DNA from: Nitrospinales bacterium
GTDB lineage: Bacteria > Nitrospinota > Nitrospinia > Nitrospinales > VA-1
Length of the DNA stretch: 64,000 bases
Reading direction: 5' to 3'
Assembly: GCA_965223345.1 (NCBI GenBank)
Contig: CBDCWG010000007.1
Location: 32,001 to 96,000 of the forward strand
Positions within the stretch are counted from its first letter, which is position 1. Every line of letters starts with the position of its first letter. Shown one piece after another: positions 18,490-28,600 of this stretch. The notes beneath the pieces are model-generated. The model saw only the letters and a program-made list of their open reading frames with translations, had not been told where the DNA came from and did not search any database. The position numbers and the translations under genes were made by a program.

Positions 18490-19722
18490 ATGGAAAAGCA
18501 GATAACGGTAATTGGTGACAGCGGCGATGTGCTGTTCATGATGCTCGGTGCGGTCATGGTCTTTGCCATGCACGGGGGATTCGCCTTCCTGGAAGTGGGA
18601 ACGGTGCGCAAAAAAAATCAGGTCAACGCGCTGGTGAAGATCCTGGTGGATTTCGCGGTGTCCACCGTGATCTATTTTCTCATCGGTTATTCCATTGCGT
18701 ATGGGATTTATTTTTATCAGTCGGCGGCGGGACTGGTTTCCGAAAAACAGGGTTACGAACTGGTTCACTTTTTCTTTTTGCTCACGTTTGCGGCGGCGAT
18801 CCCGGCCATCATCTCCGGCGGCATCGCCGAGCGGGCCAAATTCTGGACACAGGTTGTGGCGGCGGCGATTTTCGTGGCCCTGGTCTACCCGCTGTTCGAA
18901 GGCATGGTCTGGGGACAGATCACCTTTCTGGGTCAGGACGGGTCCTGGCTCGCGGGCATTTCCGGCGGCGTTCCCTTCCACGATTATGCAGGCTCGGTGG
19001 TGGTGCATTCGGTGGGCGGCTGGATCGCGCTTGCCGCCGTCATCGTGCTGGGTCCGCGCATGGGGCGCTGGGATTCCAAAGGCAACAGCCGTCCCATTCC
19101 GGTCAGCAACGTGCCGTTTCTCGCGCTGGGCAGCTGGATGCTGTGTGTCGGCTGGTTCGGGTTCAACGTCATGTCCGCCGCGACGCTCGATGCGATCTCC
19201 GGACTGGTCGCCATGAACTCGCTGTTCGCCATGGCGGGCGGCGTCATCGTGGCGCTCGTCATCTCCAAGAACGATCCCGGTTTCATCCACAACGGCGCGC
19301 TCGCCGGCCTGGTCGCGATCTGCGCCGGCTCCGACAAGGTGCACCCGATCGGTGCGTTCGTCATCGGCGGCATCGCCGCGGTGATTTTCGTCAAAGGGTT
19401 CACTTGGGAACAGGAAAAACTCAAGATCGACGACGTGCTGGGAGTCTGGCCGCTGCACGGCATCTCCGGCACCTGGGGCGGCATCGCCTGCGGCATCTTC
19501 GGGCAGGAAGCGCTGGGCGGCCTCGGCGGCGTCAGCCTGGTGGCGCAGACCGTCGGCTCGGTGATCGCCATCGTCATCGCGGCGGGACTGGGATACGTCG
19601 TCTACAAAGTCCTGGACTCCCTGTTCGGCATCCGGCTGTCTCCCGAAGAGGAAGGCCAGGGTTCCGACCTTTCGATCCACAAACTGGGCTCCTATCCGGA
19701 AGAAGGGACCACCCGGTTTTAA
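18490..19722 (+). CDS. amt: Ammonium transporter (Amt family)
   Basis: GGAGGG RBS; GFAFLEVGTVRKKN, ISGGIAER, DYAGSVVVH, GWFGFN, NGALAGLVAICAG, IDDVLGVWPLHG (both pore His present). Confidence 0.96.
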   Translation: MEKQITVIGDSGDVLFMMLGAVMVFAMHGGFAFLEVGTVRKKNQVNALVKILVDFAVSTVIYFLIGYSIAYGIYFYQSAAGLVSEKQGYELVHFFFLLTFAAAIPAIISGGIAERAKFWTQVVAAAIFVALVYPLFEGMVWGQITFLGQDGSWLAGISGGVPFHDYAGSVVVHSVGGWIALAAVIVLGPRMGRWDSKGNSRPIPVSNVPFLALGSWMLCVGWFGFNVMSAATLDAISGLVAMNSLFAMAGGVIVALVISKNDPGFIHNGALAGLVAICAGSDKVHPIGAFVIGGIAAVIFVKGFTWEQEKLKIDDVLGVWPLHGISGTWGGIACGIFGQEALGGLGGVSLVAQTVGSVIAIVIAAGLGYVVYKVLDSLFGIRLSPEEEGQGSDLSIHKLGSYPEEGTTRF

Positions 19723-19745
19723 GATCACCGCGTCAACAAAGGACC

Positions 19746-22016
19746 ATGATCCGTTTTCTCGCCATCGCGCTCATTCTCTGGCTGGTGCCGGCGGTTTCTT
19801 CCGCGTTCGAGAAGAAAATCGAGGCCTACAAGCAGGCCATCGCGGACGATCCGAAGGACTACGCGCCGCGTTTCGGTCTGGGGCGTACGTATCAGGTGCT
19901 GGGCTTTCACGAGCAGGCCATCACCGAGTTCGAGGCGGCGCTGCGCCTGGAACCGCTGTTCGCTGCCGCGCATCAGGGCATCGGCGCGAGCTACGGTGAG
20001 CTGCGCCAGTACAAAAAATCGGCGGCGGCGTACCTCAAGGCCACGCGGCTGGATCCAAATTTTGCCGAAGGCCAGTACGGCCTCGGCTGGGCGCTGGAAA
20101 AGCAGAACCGCTGCCGCGAGGCTTTGAAACCACTCAAGATCGCGCTCGAGCTGGACCCCGCGCTGGCGGCGGCGCGCCTGACGCTGGGGCAGTGTTATTA
20201 CAAGCTCAAGCGTTACCCGCAGGCGATCGAGCAGTTCGAGTTCTCCCTGGGAACCGATCCTCTGGTGCTGGAGGCGCATTTCGGTCTGGGAAAAAGCCGT
20301 CTCGCGATGGGGCATTACGATAAAGCCATCGACGCGTTCCGGGAAACGCTTGACCTCAATCCCAATTACTTTGAAGCCCACACCGGCATCGGCCGGGCGC
20401 ACGTGCGCGCCGGGCGCTACCTGCTGGCGCTCAAACCTCTCAAAAAAGCGCTGCTCGTCAATCCCAAGGAAGCGGCGGCCTACGATCTGCTCGGCACCGC
20501 CTACAAGCAGCTGCGCCGATATCAGGATTCGCTGGATGCGTTTCTAAAACTGGTGTCGCTGCGTTTCCGCGATCCCACCGCGCATTTCAAGCTGGGTATG
20601 GCCTACACCCGGCTGGGGAAAAAGACGGCAGCCCTCAAAAGCCTGGGCGAAGCGGTGCGGCTGAACCCCGACTACGCGGTGGCCTATTTTCAGATCGCGA
20701 AGATCCACGAATCGCTCGAACAATACGACCGCGCGATCGCCAATTACCTGGAGGTGGTGCGCGTGCGCCCCAAACACGTGGACGCCTATTTCAACATCGG
20801 GCGCATTCACGAACGCATGAAGCGCTACCGCCTCGCGACGGACGCCTACCGGCACGTGACGCGGCTCAAGCCGGATCACTTCGACGCTTTTGCCCGAATG
20901 GGCGGATGTTTCCTGATCCTCAAATGGAACGATCAGGCGCGGTCGGCGTTCGAAAGAGCCATCGCGCTCAAACCCAACTCCGCACAGACCCATTTCAACC
21001 TGGCGATCGCCCTGATCGACCTCGAACTTTATGAAGCGGCCATCCCGCCGCTGATCCGCACGCTGAACCTGGACCCAAGCCTCAAACAGGCGCATTACGA
21101 GTTGGGGTTCGTGTACCTGAGCCTGAAACAGTACGAGAAGGCCATCGCCCCGCTGAAGCAGGCGGTGCGCGCCGATCCGGAAAACGCCCTCGCCCGTTTC
21201 AGCCTGGGCCTCGCTTACAGTGAAATCGGCGATCACGTGACCGCCGTGCCGCATCTGGAAGCGTCGATCCGCATCGCGCCACAGTTATCGCGGGCGCAGT
21301 ATTTTCTGGGAATCGGTTACACCAAGCTGTCGCGTTTCGAAGACGCCGTCGCGCCTTTCAAGGAGGCGGTGCGGTTGTCGCCGGATTTCACCGAGGCCTA
21401 CAGCCGGCTGGGAGCGGTGTACTGGCAGCTCGAACGCTACCCGGAAGCCATCGCCACCTATCAGATCGCGGCGAAACTGAAACCCGACCTGCTCTCAACC
21501 TTCATCAGCCTGGGTTCGATCCACACGCTCATCGAACAGCACGAAGAGGCGATCAAAAACTTCAAGGAGGTGCTGCGCATCGATCCCAACCACGTGCAGG
21601 CGCATTACAGTCTGGGTCTGGTTTACGACGTGCTGGGCCGCTACGAGGAAGCGATCCGGGAATACAACGAGGTGATCCGCAGGGACCCGGGACACGCGGA
21701 CGCCTACTCCAGCCTCGGCTGGACGCTGATCGAAATGAACCGGCACCTGGAAGCGGAAAAACCGCTCAAGCAGGCGATCCGCCTCAATCCGAAAAACGCC
21801 GACGCCTACTTCAACCTGGGATGGGTTTACGGCGAGATGAAACGCTACCGCGACGCGATCCCGCAGTACCGCGAGGCGCTGAACCTCAACCCCGAGCACT
21901 CCGGAGCGCAGGAACGGCTGCGCTTCGCGCAGAACATCCTCAGAGGCAACGGATCTCAGGGCTCGCGCGCACCGGCCGCAAAACCCACGGCCCCGTCCAT
22001 CATCATCACGCCGTAA
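19746..22016 (+). CDS. Exported protein of about 20 tandem TPR repeats
   Basis: AAGGA RBS; signal peptide MIRFLAIALILWLVPAVSSA; continuous 34-aa A.F.LG..Y..LG.Y.EAI..Y..AL.L.P repeats. Confidence 0.92.
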   Translation: MIRFLAIALILWLVPAVSSAFEKKIEAYKQAIADDPKDYAPRFGLGRTYQVLGFHEQAITEFEAALRLEPLFAAAHQGIGASYGELRQYKKSAAAYLKATRLDPNFAEGQYGLGWALEKQNRCREALKPLKIALELDPALAAARLTLGQCYYKLKRYPQAIEQFEFSLGTDPLVLEAHFGLGKSRLAMGHYDKAIDAFRETLDLNPNYFEAHTGIGRAHVRAGRYLLALKPLKKALLVNPKEAAAYDLLGTAYKQLRRYQDSLDAFLKLVSLRFRDPTAHFKLGMAYTRLGKKTAALKSLGEAVRLNPDYAVAYFQIAKIHESLEQYDRAIANYLEVVRVRPKHVDAYFNIGRIHERMKRYRLATDAYRHVTRLKPDHFDAFARMGGCFLILKWNDQARSAFERAIALKPNSAQTHFNLAIALIDLELYEAAIPPLIRTLNLDPSLKQAHYELGFVYLSLKQYEKAIAPLKQAVRADPENALARFSLGLAYSEIGDHVTAVPHLEASIRIAPQLSRAQYFLGIGYTKLSRFEDAVAPFKEAVRLSPDFTEAYSRLGAVYWQLERYPEAIATYQIAAKLKPDLLSTFISLGSIHTLIEQHEEAIKNFKEVLRIDPNHVQAHYSLGLVYDVLGRYEEAIREYNEVIRRDPGHADAYSSLGWTLIEMNRHLEAEKPLKQAIRLNPKNADAYFNLGWVYGEMKRYRDAIPQYREALNLNPEHSGAQERLRFAQNILRGNGSQGSRAPAAKPTAPSIIITP

Positions 22017-22017
22017 A

Positions 22018-22408
22018 CTGTCATGCTGAGTCCTTCGGCAAACTCAGGACAAGCTCCGTCGAAGCATGACCACATGGTTGCAAGAGCTTGTTTGTTCTCC
22101 TGTCATCCTTCGACAGGCTCAGGATGACAGAAAAAAAGGAGAAGGATCCCCCTCACCCCACCCTCTCCCTCCAGGGGAGAGGGATTTTTTTTTGCCTTGC
22201 TTCGAGCATCAATGACTGCACGCAAGGAAAGCGAAAAAGGAAGAGAGAAAACAACTGAAAAACATTAAGAAAAATAAATCGCCAGGATAGAACCTGAGGC
22301 AGCTCAGGACAATCTCCGTCGAAGCATGACCGCATAATTGCAAAAGGTCGAGACAGCTTTTTGTTCGCTCCCCTCCATCCTTCGACAAGCTCAGGATGAC
22401 AGAAAAAA
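22018..22408. repeat. Two copies of a REP/MITE-like palindromic element (CTTCGACA.GCTCAG.ATGAC family)
   Basis: Copy 1, 22018-22130, has near-inverted ends CTGTCATGCTGAG...CTCAGGATGACAG; its part at 22043-22137 recurs with divergence at about 22303-22408. Confidence 0.8.
22149..22193 (+). terminator. CCCTCACCCC/CCCTCTCCC-type palindrome acting as intrinsic terminator after amt-TPR
   Basis: CCCTCTCCC-TCCAG-GGGAGAGGG stem followed by a T-run. Confidence 0.6.
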
Positions 22409-22433
22409 TTGGCGCTTTCCTGGTTTTGGTTTT

Positions 22434-22567
22434 CTTTGCGCCCTTTGCGTCTTTGCGGTTAAAAACCTTTTTATTTAAAACTTTCGCAGGGCCATCGATT
22501 TGCGAGATAAGGCGAAAAACAAAAGCGCCTTCAACGCAAAGACGCAAAGGACGCAAAGGACGCAAAG
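22434..22567. repeat. Inverted pair of CGCAAAG short tandem arrays
   Basis: CTTTGCG x3 at 22434-22457 and ACGCAAAG x4 at 22534-22567. Confidence 0.7.
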
Positions 22568-22632
22568 TGTCTATAACCTGAAGCGATGTATTTCTGTCTG
22601 GGCGGGAGTTGATTGAAAAAAGCAGAGGAAAT

Positions 22633-24126
22633 TCAGCGGCGGCCTTTTTTGGTGAAGGAACCGAGGATGCCGCGTATCAGTTCGCGCCCGACGGTGCGGC
22701 CGATGGTGCGAATCATGGATTTGATGCCGGCCTCGACGAAGCCCTGCCGCTTGCGCCCGCCCTTGGACTTGCTCGCCGCTTTCTCGGCGGCTTCTTTCTG
22801 CGCGAGGGCTTCGGCTTCCTGTTCGCGCTTTTCCGCCCGCTTCAATAAAATCTCGTAGGCGGATTCGCGGTCCAGGGTGGTCTCATAACGTTGCTTCATG
22901 CGGCTTGAGTCGATGACGGCCTGGCGCTCGGCCTTGGTCGCCGGCCCCATGCGCGATGCGGGCGGGCGGATGAGGGTGCGCTCCACCGGAGTCGGTCGGC
23001 CCTTGTGATCGAGCGTGGACACCAGCGCCTCGCCGACGCCCAGCTCCTGAATGACCTCGGCGGCGTTCAGTTTGGGATTGGGCCGGAAGGTTTCCGCCAC
23101 GGCGCGCACGACTTTTTTATCCTTGGGCGTGAACGCGCGCAGCGCATGCTGGACGCGGTTGCCGAGCTGTCCCAGGATGTCTTCGGGGATGTCGAGCGGG
23201 CTCTGCGTGATGAAGTAGACGCCCACGCCTTTCGAGCGGATCAGGCGCACGACCTGCTCCACCTTGTCCAGCAGGGAGCGCGGCGCATCGTCGAACAGCA
23301 GGTGCGCCTCGTCGAAGAAAAACACCATCTCGGGTTTTTCCGGATCGCCCACTTCGGGCAACTCCTCGAACAGTTCGGACAGCAGCCACAACAAAAACGT
23401 CGCGTAGAGTTTCGGCGACTGCATCAGCTTGTCGGCGGCGAGGATGTTGATCATGCCGCGGGATTTGCGATCGACGACCATGAAATCGCGCAGGTCGAGG
23501 GCGGGCTCGCCGAAGAACGACCGGCCGCCCTGCTGTTCCAGCGTCAGCAGACGGCGCTGGATGGCGCCGACCGACACTTTGCTCACATGGCCGAACTCGG
23601 TGGTCAGCGCCTTGGCGTTCTCGCCGACAAAATTGAGCAGCGAGCGCAGGTCTTTCAGATCGAGGATCAGCAATCCTTCGTGGTCGGCCACTTTGAACGC
23701 CACGTTGAGAACGCCTTCCTGCGTGTCGTTCAGCTCCAGGAGCCGCGACAGCAAAAGCGGCCCCATCTCGGACATGGTGGTGCGCACCGGGTGCCCCTTT
23801 TTCCCGAACAGATCCCAGAACACGACGGGACTGGACTGGAACAAATAATCGGTGAGGCCGATGGTCTCGGCGCGTTCCTGCAGTTTCCCCAGCAGTTTCT
23901 CAGGCGGGTTGCCGGGCTGGCAGATTCCGGAAAGGTCGCCCTTGACGTCGGCCATGAACACGGGAACGCCCTGGCGCGAAAAGGCCTCGGCCATGATCTG
24001 CAGCGTGACGGTTTTCCCGGTGCCCGTCGCCCCGGAGATCAATCCATGCCGGTTGGCGTACTTGAGCAGGAGCCGTTGCGGCGTGTCTCCGCCGCCGAGA
24101 AAAAGGGAAGTCGCGTCGTCAGCCAT
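22633..24126 (-). CDS. DUF853 / HerA-like ATPase (YjgR family)
   Basis: [16 protein letters not shown] (Walker A), [15 protein letters not shown] (Walker B), [27 protein letters not shown]; start MADDAT at 24126. Confidence 0.92.
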   Translation of the reverse strand: MADDATSLFLGGGDTPQRLLLKYANRHGLISGATGTGKTVTLQIMAEAFSRQGVPVFMADVKGDLSGICQPGNPPEKLLGKLQERAETIGLTDYLFQSSPVVFWDLFGKKGHPVRTTMSEMGPLLLSRLLELNDTQEGVLNVAFKVADHEGLLILDLKDLRSLLNFVGENAKALTTEFGHVSKVSVGAIQRRLLTLEQQGGRSFFGEPALDLRDFMVVDRKSRGMINILAADKLMQSPKLYATFLLWLLSELFEELPEVGDPEKPEMVFFFDEAHLLFDDAPRSLLDKVEQVVRLIRSKGVGVYFITQSPLDIPEDILGQLGNRVQHALRAFTPKDKKVVRAVAETFRPNPKLNAAEVIQELGVGEALVSTLDHKGRPTPVERTLIRPPASRMGPATKAERQAVIDSSRMKQRYETTLDRESAYEILLKRAEKREQEAEALAQKEAAEKAASKSKGGRKRQGFVEAGIKSMIRTIGRTVGRELIRGILGSFTKKGRR

Positions 24127-24220
24127 GGTCTGGGATTCCTCGTTGATCGAAAATCTCTGTGTGAGTGGTGCAGGCCGATGCCGTGTGAGACCTGCGGCAT
24201 CGACCGGTCTCAGGGATGGG

Positions 24221-24628
24221 TCAGTGCGTGATCCTCGGTTCGAGCTCCGCAGCCTGGTCCACCCAGCGGGCCACCTGGCTGGGTTCGGGAACCGCACGGG
24301 TGAGTTTTTTCTCCTCGTTGATTTCCTTCATCTTCTGCGCGAGGTTCTCGGCATTGCGCTGTTTGAGTTCCTTGACGGTGTCCACGCCCGCCGCTTCCAG
24401 CAACTCGGCGAACTGTTTTCCCACTCCCGAGATGCGCATGAGGTCGGCCATGTTGGCCCACTTGAGCAGGACGGAGTCGTTGATGCCGGTTTTCGTCGCC
24501 GTGTCCTTGCGTCCCGAGGCGGACCCGCAGGCATCGAGCAAATCAGACGTTTTCAAGATCCCCACCTCTTCCAGCTTTTTTCCGTTGGCGGATCCGATTC
24601 CCTCAATCTCCTGAATTTTATAACTCAT
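24221..24628 (-). CDS. DUF4332 domain protein (helix-hairpin-helix)
   Basis: [50 protein letters not shown]. Confidence 0.88.
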   Translation of the reverse strand: MSYKIQEIEGIGSANGKKLEEVGILKTSDLLDACGSASGRKDTATKTGINDSVLLKWANMADLMRISGVGKQFAELLEAAGVDTVKELKQRNAENLAQKMKEINEEKKLTRAVPEPSQVARWVDQAAELEPRITH

Positions 24629-25036
24629 AGATTTCTCCTTCTTTTTGAACCGCTTGTTTCAAAAAAAACTCTGGACGCTGCCAGAATGTTGAGAAAAAAC
24701 CATGCTCCATAAAATCGTCCGGCCCATCGAAAACCGGGGCCGGCGCCACGATGACCGATGCTGCGCTAAGGTTCGAATTCTTTGGCGTTTAAGCAAGCTC
24801 TGGCGCAAAAAACCCGCACTGGGGCCTAGCTTACTTCCAACGGTTTGAAAATCCAAAATTTTTTTCGGCCCCTTTGCGGAAAAAGTTCGCAACCCGCTTC
24901 ATTTTTTTGTGTTTGAGCGAATATCCGTAATCCGTTGCGCTTTGGGTTGCGCGCTTGAATGTGTGCCGTCCGCCGGTGTAATCTAGCAGCGACTCCTGTC
25001 TTTCATTTATTCCCCCCAGCGAGGAGAAACGGGTTC

Positions 25037-25891
25037 ATGCGTTTTTCAAGATTCGGATCTTTGGGCCGTGGCGGCCGGCGGTCGGGACGGCTTCGGCTGT
25101 GGCCGATCCTGTTGTTCGGTGTGTTTTTCGCTTACTACTATTTCAGCAATCAGGAAACCGTGCCGCTGACCGGGCGCACGCAGCTGGTGGACATGAGCCG
25201 GGAGCAGGAAGCAGCTCTGGGATTGCAGTCCTACCGGCAGATCCTCGGCCAGTCGAAGGTGGTCCGCCAGGGCGAGGCCGTCGAGCGCGTCAACGCCATC
25301 GGCCGCCGCTTGGCGAAAGCCGCAAGCGATGTGGACCCCGGCTTCAAGTGGGAATTCAACGTGATCCAATCGGACCAGGCCAACGCGTTCGCCCTGCCCG
25401 GCGGCAAGGTGGCGGTGTACACGGGCATTCTGGACATCGCGAAGAACGACGACGGCCTGAGCGCCATCATGGGGCATGAGATCGCGCACGCCATCGCGCG
25501 GCACGGCGCGGAACGCATCTCGCACCAGAAACTGGTGCAGTACGGCACGCTGGCTGCGGGGCTGGCGCTGGGCGAGATGGACGTGAGCACGCAGAACATG
25601 GTGATGGCGGCGCTGGGGGTCGGCGCGCGTTTCGGCGTGCTGCTGCCGTTTTCGCGCGAGCACGAATCGGAAGCGGACTACATGGGGCTGCTGTTTCTGG
25701 CCGAAGCCTGCTTCGATCCGCGCGAAGCGCCGCGCCTGTGGGAGCGCATGGGCAAAGCCGGCGGCAAAGCGCCGGCGGAATTCATGTCCACCCACCCGAG
25801 CAGCGCAACGCGCATCCGCCAGTTTGAAGAATGGATGCCGGAAGCGCTGGACATCCGCAAGCAGCATTGTGCCGGAAAACCATTGCGTTGA
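25037..25891 (+). CDS. M48 family zinc metallopeptidase (Oma1/LoiP-like)
   Basis: NAFALPGGKV, HEIAH zinc motif, FSREHESEAD, FMSTHP. Confidence 0.95.
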   Translation: MRFSRFGSLGRGGRRSGRLRLWPILLFGVFFAYYYFSNQETVPLTGRTQLVDMSREQEAALGLQSYRQILGQSKVVRQGEAVERVNAIGRRLAKAASDVDPGFKWEFNVIQSDQANAFALPGGKVAVYTGILDIAKNDDGLSAIMGHEIAHAIARHGAERISHQKLVQYGTLAAGLALGEMDVSTQNMVMAALGVGARFGVLLPFSREHESEADYMGLLFLAEACFDPREAPRLWERMGKAGGKAPAEFMSTHPSSATRIRQFEEWMPEALDIRKQHCAGKPLR

Positions 25892-25967
25892 GCGACAATG
25901 ATTAAAGTGAGTTCTTTAAAGTATTACCTTAGGAGATCTTTCACGAACCGGTATCACTGAAAATTCA

Positions 25968-26026
25968 CTGTCACCCTGAGCCTGTCGAAGGGTGCCGAGT
26001 CATGCTTCGACAAGCTCAGCATGACA
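25968..26026. repeat. Inverted pair of REP-like palindromes between convergent genes
   Basis: CTGTCACCCTGAGCCTGTCGAAGGG...GTCATGCTTCGACAAGCTCAGCATGACA, same family as 22018-22408. Confidence 0.8.
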
Positions 26027-26046
26027 AATGAGTGGCATGCAAAGTC

Positions 26047-26490
26047 TCATAGAGCCAGCGGTTTGACGGTGAGCATCGCCGCCGGGTCGTCCCGCCAGAG
26101 AGCGGGGTCCGTATCGACATACACCTCGACCCCGTTGCCGTCGGGATCCTGCATGTACAGGCTTTGCGACACGCCGTGGTCGGACTGGCCTTCGATGGCC
26201 ACCCCTCCCCTTTCCAGTTCCCGTTTGGCGGCGCGCAGGTCTTCCAGCGAATCGCCGATCTTGAAACCCAGATGAAACAGGCCCGGCTCGCGACCCTGCA
26301 TGGGCGGCTTGTCGCCGCCGGTTTCCAGGAGCAGCAGTTCGTGGTGCGTCCGGCCGCCGGAGAGCGCCGCCGCCTTGCCATCGAACATGCGCGCCACCTC
26401 TTTAAAGCCGAGCAGGTCGCGGTAGAATTTCAGCGACCGCTCGATGTCCTTCACATACAGCGCCACGTGGCCCAGGTAGTGTGCTTTCAT
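26047..26490 (-). CDS. VOC/glyoxalase family protein, CatE-like single domain
   Basis: LGHVALYV, THHELLL, GLFHLGF, DHGVSQSLYMQDPDGNGVEVYVD. Confidence 0.88.
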   Translation of the reverse strand: MKAHYLGHVALYVKDIERSLKFYRDLLGFKEVARMFDGKAAALSGGRTHHELLLLETGGDKPPMQGREPGLFHLGFKIGDSLEDLRAAKRELERGGVAIEGQSDHGVSQSLYMQDPDGNGVEVYVDTDPALWRDDPAAMLTVKPLAL

Positions 26491-26500
26491 GGTGCACCTC

Positions 26501-27328
26501 TTATTGAATGAGGGTGATGTCGAACTCGCCCACCAGCCCGTCGGTGATTTTCCCCGTGGGATCTTTTTTGTACTCGACGACCAGCCGCTCCCGCTGTTCG
26601 GGCGTGTTCTTCTCGTCGTGCAGCACGAAGTCCTTGGCGTTCAGATCTTCAATGACGCCGATGTTCTCGATGTCCTTGCCGCGGAAGTACGCCTGCGTCA
26701 CCAGCTGCGGGTAGCCCGGCGCGCTGATCATCATGTGCAGGTGCGCGGTGCGGAAGCCGCCGTAGATGGGGTAAAAACCGGGAACGATGGTTTTAAACCA
26801 GTAGCGGCCGTCCTCATCGGTGAGGGCGCGGCCCCAGTACTGGAAATTCTCGTCGTGCGTCCGGTGCACCATCTCGCCGGTGTCGGGGTGCTTGAAGCTG
26901 AAGTTGGGTCCGTCGCCCTTATGGTTGTAGCGGCCGCTCTGCGAGCACTGCCAGAGGATGATCGTGGCTCCGGGCAGGACCTCCTCACCCATGCTGAAAT
27001 CCTTTTCCGTCATCACCCGGGTTCCCTTGACCTGACCGCGCAGATAGATCACCTGCCCCTTGGCTTTGCCGGGTTTGCCTTTGACGAAGGTCAGGTCGTT
27101 GTCGTTGCCCTCGGCGATGGGTCCGCTGAAATCCATGCGTTCGCGGATTTCCACTTCGGGGTCGCCGTCGTCCGGGTAATACGGCCCCAGAACCTGGCGG
27201 GGCGTTTCCTTGCTCAGCATCTGGCCGAACACCGGGCCCGCGGCCAGCGTACCGGCGACGGTTCCCAAGGTTCCCAGGCTGGTTTTTAAGAAACTTCTGC
27301 GTGTGGTGTTTTTTTCGTCGTGCGACAT
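26501..27328 (-). CDS. Tat-exported intradiol ring-cleavage dioxygenase (protocatechuate 3,4-dioxygenase beta-like)
   Basis: Tat motif TRRSFLK; GPYYP, ILWQC..GRYNH, FKTIVPGFYP, RTAHLH (two Tyr and two His Fe ligands plus Arg), LVTQAYF. Confidence 0.88.
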   Translation of the reverse strand: MSHDEKNTTRRSFLKTSLGTLGTVAGTLAAGPVFGQMLSKETPRQVLGPYYPDDGDPEVEIRERMDFSGPIAEGNDNDLTFVKGKPGKAKGQVIYLRGQVKGTRVMTEKDFSMGEEVLPGATIILWQCSQSGRYNHKGDGPNFSFKHPDTGEMVHRTHDENFQYWGRALTDEDGRYWFKTIVPGFYPIYGGFRTAHLHMMISAPGYPQLVTQAYFRGKDIENIGVIEDLNAKDFVLHDEKNTPEQRERLVVEYKKDPTGKITDGLVGEFDITLIQ

Positions 27329-27386
27329 GGTGAACTCCTTTCCCACTTAAATGGACCCTTGAAACCGTTTCCTGCGGGTCCATTGA

Positions 27387-27953
27387 TCATTTGTCTGTTT
27401 TAATGAGAGACATTCTGTCTATGAACTTGTCCTTCAAATCGTAATGGTGTCTCAGGATCAACGAGACATGGGCGGCGATCAAACCCACGGTCAGGAACAC
27501 CAGGATCCTGTGAACATACTGGCCGATCTCAGACAGCAGAGCGTTTTTTCCGATCAGGTCGGGGGTTTGGAACAATCCGAAAAACTTGAAACCGTGTCCT
27601 CCGGCCAGCGAAAAAACATAACCGCTCAGCGGCATCAAAATCATGACCGTGTACAGACTGACTTCCAAAAATGGAAACGCTTTCTTTTCAAATTCCGTCA
27701 TGGTTTCAGGCCAGGCGGGCAACGGATTCATCTTTCTCCATACAAGCCGGGCTATCGCCAGAAAGAACAGGGTCACGCCCATGGATTTATGAATGATGAA
27801 TAACGTCTCCGGGTAATAGTCGTCCGTGGCGACGCCATACATGACGATGGCAATTGCAAACTGGAATACGAACAAAAAGGAAATGGTCCAATGAAAGGCT
27901 TTTGCAACACTTCCGAACTGATTCTTTGAGTTTGATCCCGTCATCGTTTCCAC
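27387..27953 (-). CDS. Cytochrome b561 (YceJ/CybB-like di-heme membrane cytochrome)
   Basis: KAFHW, IHKSMG, MPLSGY, YVHR, AAHVSLILRHH; four TM helices. Confidence 0.88.
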   Translation of the reverse strand: METMTGSNSKNQFGSVAKAFHWTISFLFVFQFAIAIVMYGVATDDYYPETLFIIHKSMGVTLFFLAIARLVWRKMNPLPAWPETMTEFEKKAFPFLEVSLYTVMILMPLSGYVFSLAGGHGFKFFGLFQTPDLIGKNALLSEIGQYVHRILVFLTVGLIAAHVSLILRHHYDLKDKFIDRMSLIKTDK

Positions 27954-28049
27954 CTCTCCGTTTGATTTTTTGATCTTGTGCCTGGCTGATTACAATCACG
28001 CTCTTCCAAAAATTCACTGCGCACAAATCGCGCCGGCGCCGGTGAGCGG

Positions 28050-28520
28050 TCAGGCGCTCCGTTCACCCAGATACTTCTCCTCGACGCAGCGATCGAGCGA
28101 GAACTTGCCGCCGCCGGTCAGCATCAACGCGAGAGCGATGCCGATGGCGAGGATGTGGTACTCGAACCCCTCGCCCGCCTGCTGGCCGGACCAGTTCATG
28201 AAAAAGCCGTGGCCCAGGTGCACCGTCATCACGGCTCCCGCCATCACAGCGGCGATGCCGGCGGCGCTCAAGCGCGTGAGAAAACCGGCGATCAGCCCGA
28301 GCGAGCCGAAAAACTCGATGGCGATGACCGCAAGCGCGACGACGGTGGGCAGCCCCATCTTCTGGGTGAAAAACCCGAGCGTGCCTTCCAGCCCGTGGCC
28401 GCCGAACCAGCCGAACACTTTCTGCGCCCCGTGCGGGAACATCACGATGCCCAGGGTCAGGCGCAGGATCAGGGAAGAAATCGAATCGTCGGTGTGCAGT
28501 GCTGTTTTCAAGTAATTCAT
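28050..28520 (-). CDS. DoxX family membrane protein (CatD/YphA-like)
   Basis: AGGAG RBS, ATG 28520; LRLTLGIVMFPHGAQKVFGWFGG..EFFGSL..GFEYH..GGGKFSLD. Confidence 0.93.
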   Translation of the reverse strand: MNYLKTALHTDDSISSLILRLTLGIVMFPHGAQKVFGWFGGHGLEGTLGFFTQKMGLPTVVALAVIAIEFFGSLGLIAGFLTRLSAAGIAAVMAGAVMTVHLGHGFFMNWSGQQAGEGFEYHILAIGIALALMLTGGGKFSLDRCVEEKYLGERSA

Positions 28521-28557
28521 GGTCGCGTCTCCTGAATGAAGTGTTGTCATTATCAAT

Positions 28558-28573
28558 AGCAATCAAGATGCCA
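28558..28573 (-). promoter_or_regulatory. sigma-54 promoter of the doxX operon
   Basis: Minus strand TGGCATCTTGATTGCT (GG-N10-GC). Confidence 0.85.
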
Positions 28574-28600
28574 AAGACAGCTAATCCATAAATACATTAA

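Noticed and set aside
19143..19745. N-terminal 200-aa extension of the TPR ORF
   Set aside because: Overlaps amt in another frame; the RBS and signal peptide support ATG 19746
22209..22565. 118-aa ORF and other short ORFs across the repeat region
   Set aside because: They are translations of palindromic repeats (VILSLSKD, RPLRPLRLCV) and low-complexity sequence, with no RBS
22018..22567. CRISPR array
   Set aside because: Repeats are inverted or irregular, with no constant repeat-spacer period and no cas genes
22633..24628. HerA-based anti-phage system (HerA plus partner)
   Set aside because: The ATPase is the widespread DUF853/YjgR type, and no NurA, SIR2 or nuclease partner is adjacent
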